64,000 nucleotides of DNA from Vezdaea acicularis (Eukaryota): the NCBI GenBank assembly GCA_026025075.1, contig JAPEUI010000031.1:1-64000 (forward strand). Reading direction: 5' to 3'. The position numbers were made by a program, and so were the translations under genes. The notes beneath the pieces were generated by a model. That model worked only from the letters and a program-made list of their open reading frames with translations. It was not told the origin of the DNA and made no database searches. Positions 63,895 through 64,000 of this stretch are shown piece after piece; positions within the stretch are counted from its first letter, which is position 1; the number at the start of each line of letters is the position of its first letter.

Positions 63895-64000
63895 CTACTT
63901 CTTCCGCGGATCGTCAGCAAAGCGAATGCCCAAGCGCGCCGGAGGCTGTCTCGGCGTATCGTCATCATCGCTATCATCATCGACCTTACTCAACGCACCC
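63895..64000 (-). CDS. Probable 3' end of a gene running in from beyond the window
   Basis: Open minus frame GALSKVDDDSDDDDTPRQPPARLGIRFADDPRKK* up to the window edge. Confidence 0.45.
   Translation of the reverse strand, partial: GALSKVDDDSDDDDTPRQPPARLGIRFADDPRKK

Noticed and set aside
1..64000. tRNA, rRNA, CRISPR arrays, intact transposons, TGA-CTA readthrough signals, secondary-metabolite cluster
   Set aside because: None recognised on manual reading. The stop-codon contexts I checked lack the TGA-CTA motif, and there is no synthase backbone gene.

Overview
Gene-dense, intron-containing eukaryotic DNA from a filamentous ascomycete (Pezizomycotina-like: mostly ~50-60 nt GT-AG introns with CTRAY branch points). 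About 23 complete genes plus one probable partial gene, almost all conserved housekeeping: TRP/YVC1-like channel, UNC-93-like MFS, a hydrophilin-like gene missed by the ORF track, MIP1, a SIM-RING (Slx8/RNF4-like) ligase, a UPF0052/CofD-like protein, TEL1/ATM, NUP192, a chromate transporter, CUL4, GCV3, MRP17, MGM1, DUG3, RIA1/EFL1, ALB1/ECM1-like, a Ubp1-like DUB, a short kinesin-3, VPS16, MTC2-like, a Zn-ADH, a membrane protein and a PQ-loop transporter. I saw no tRNA, rRNA, CRISPR array or intact transposon, and no convincing novel multi-gene system. The best leads are small-scale: stacked uORFs with a TGATG overlap ahead of the PQ-loop transporter, a diverged 23-aa tandem repeat in the RING ligase, a decayed coding-like tandem duplication at 3.3-3.9 kb, the hidden four-exon hydrophilin, and two non-canonical splice sites. 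Gene models were assembled by eye and family calls rest on motif recognition, not database searches.
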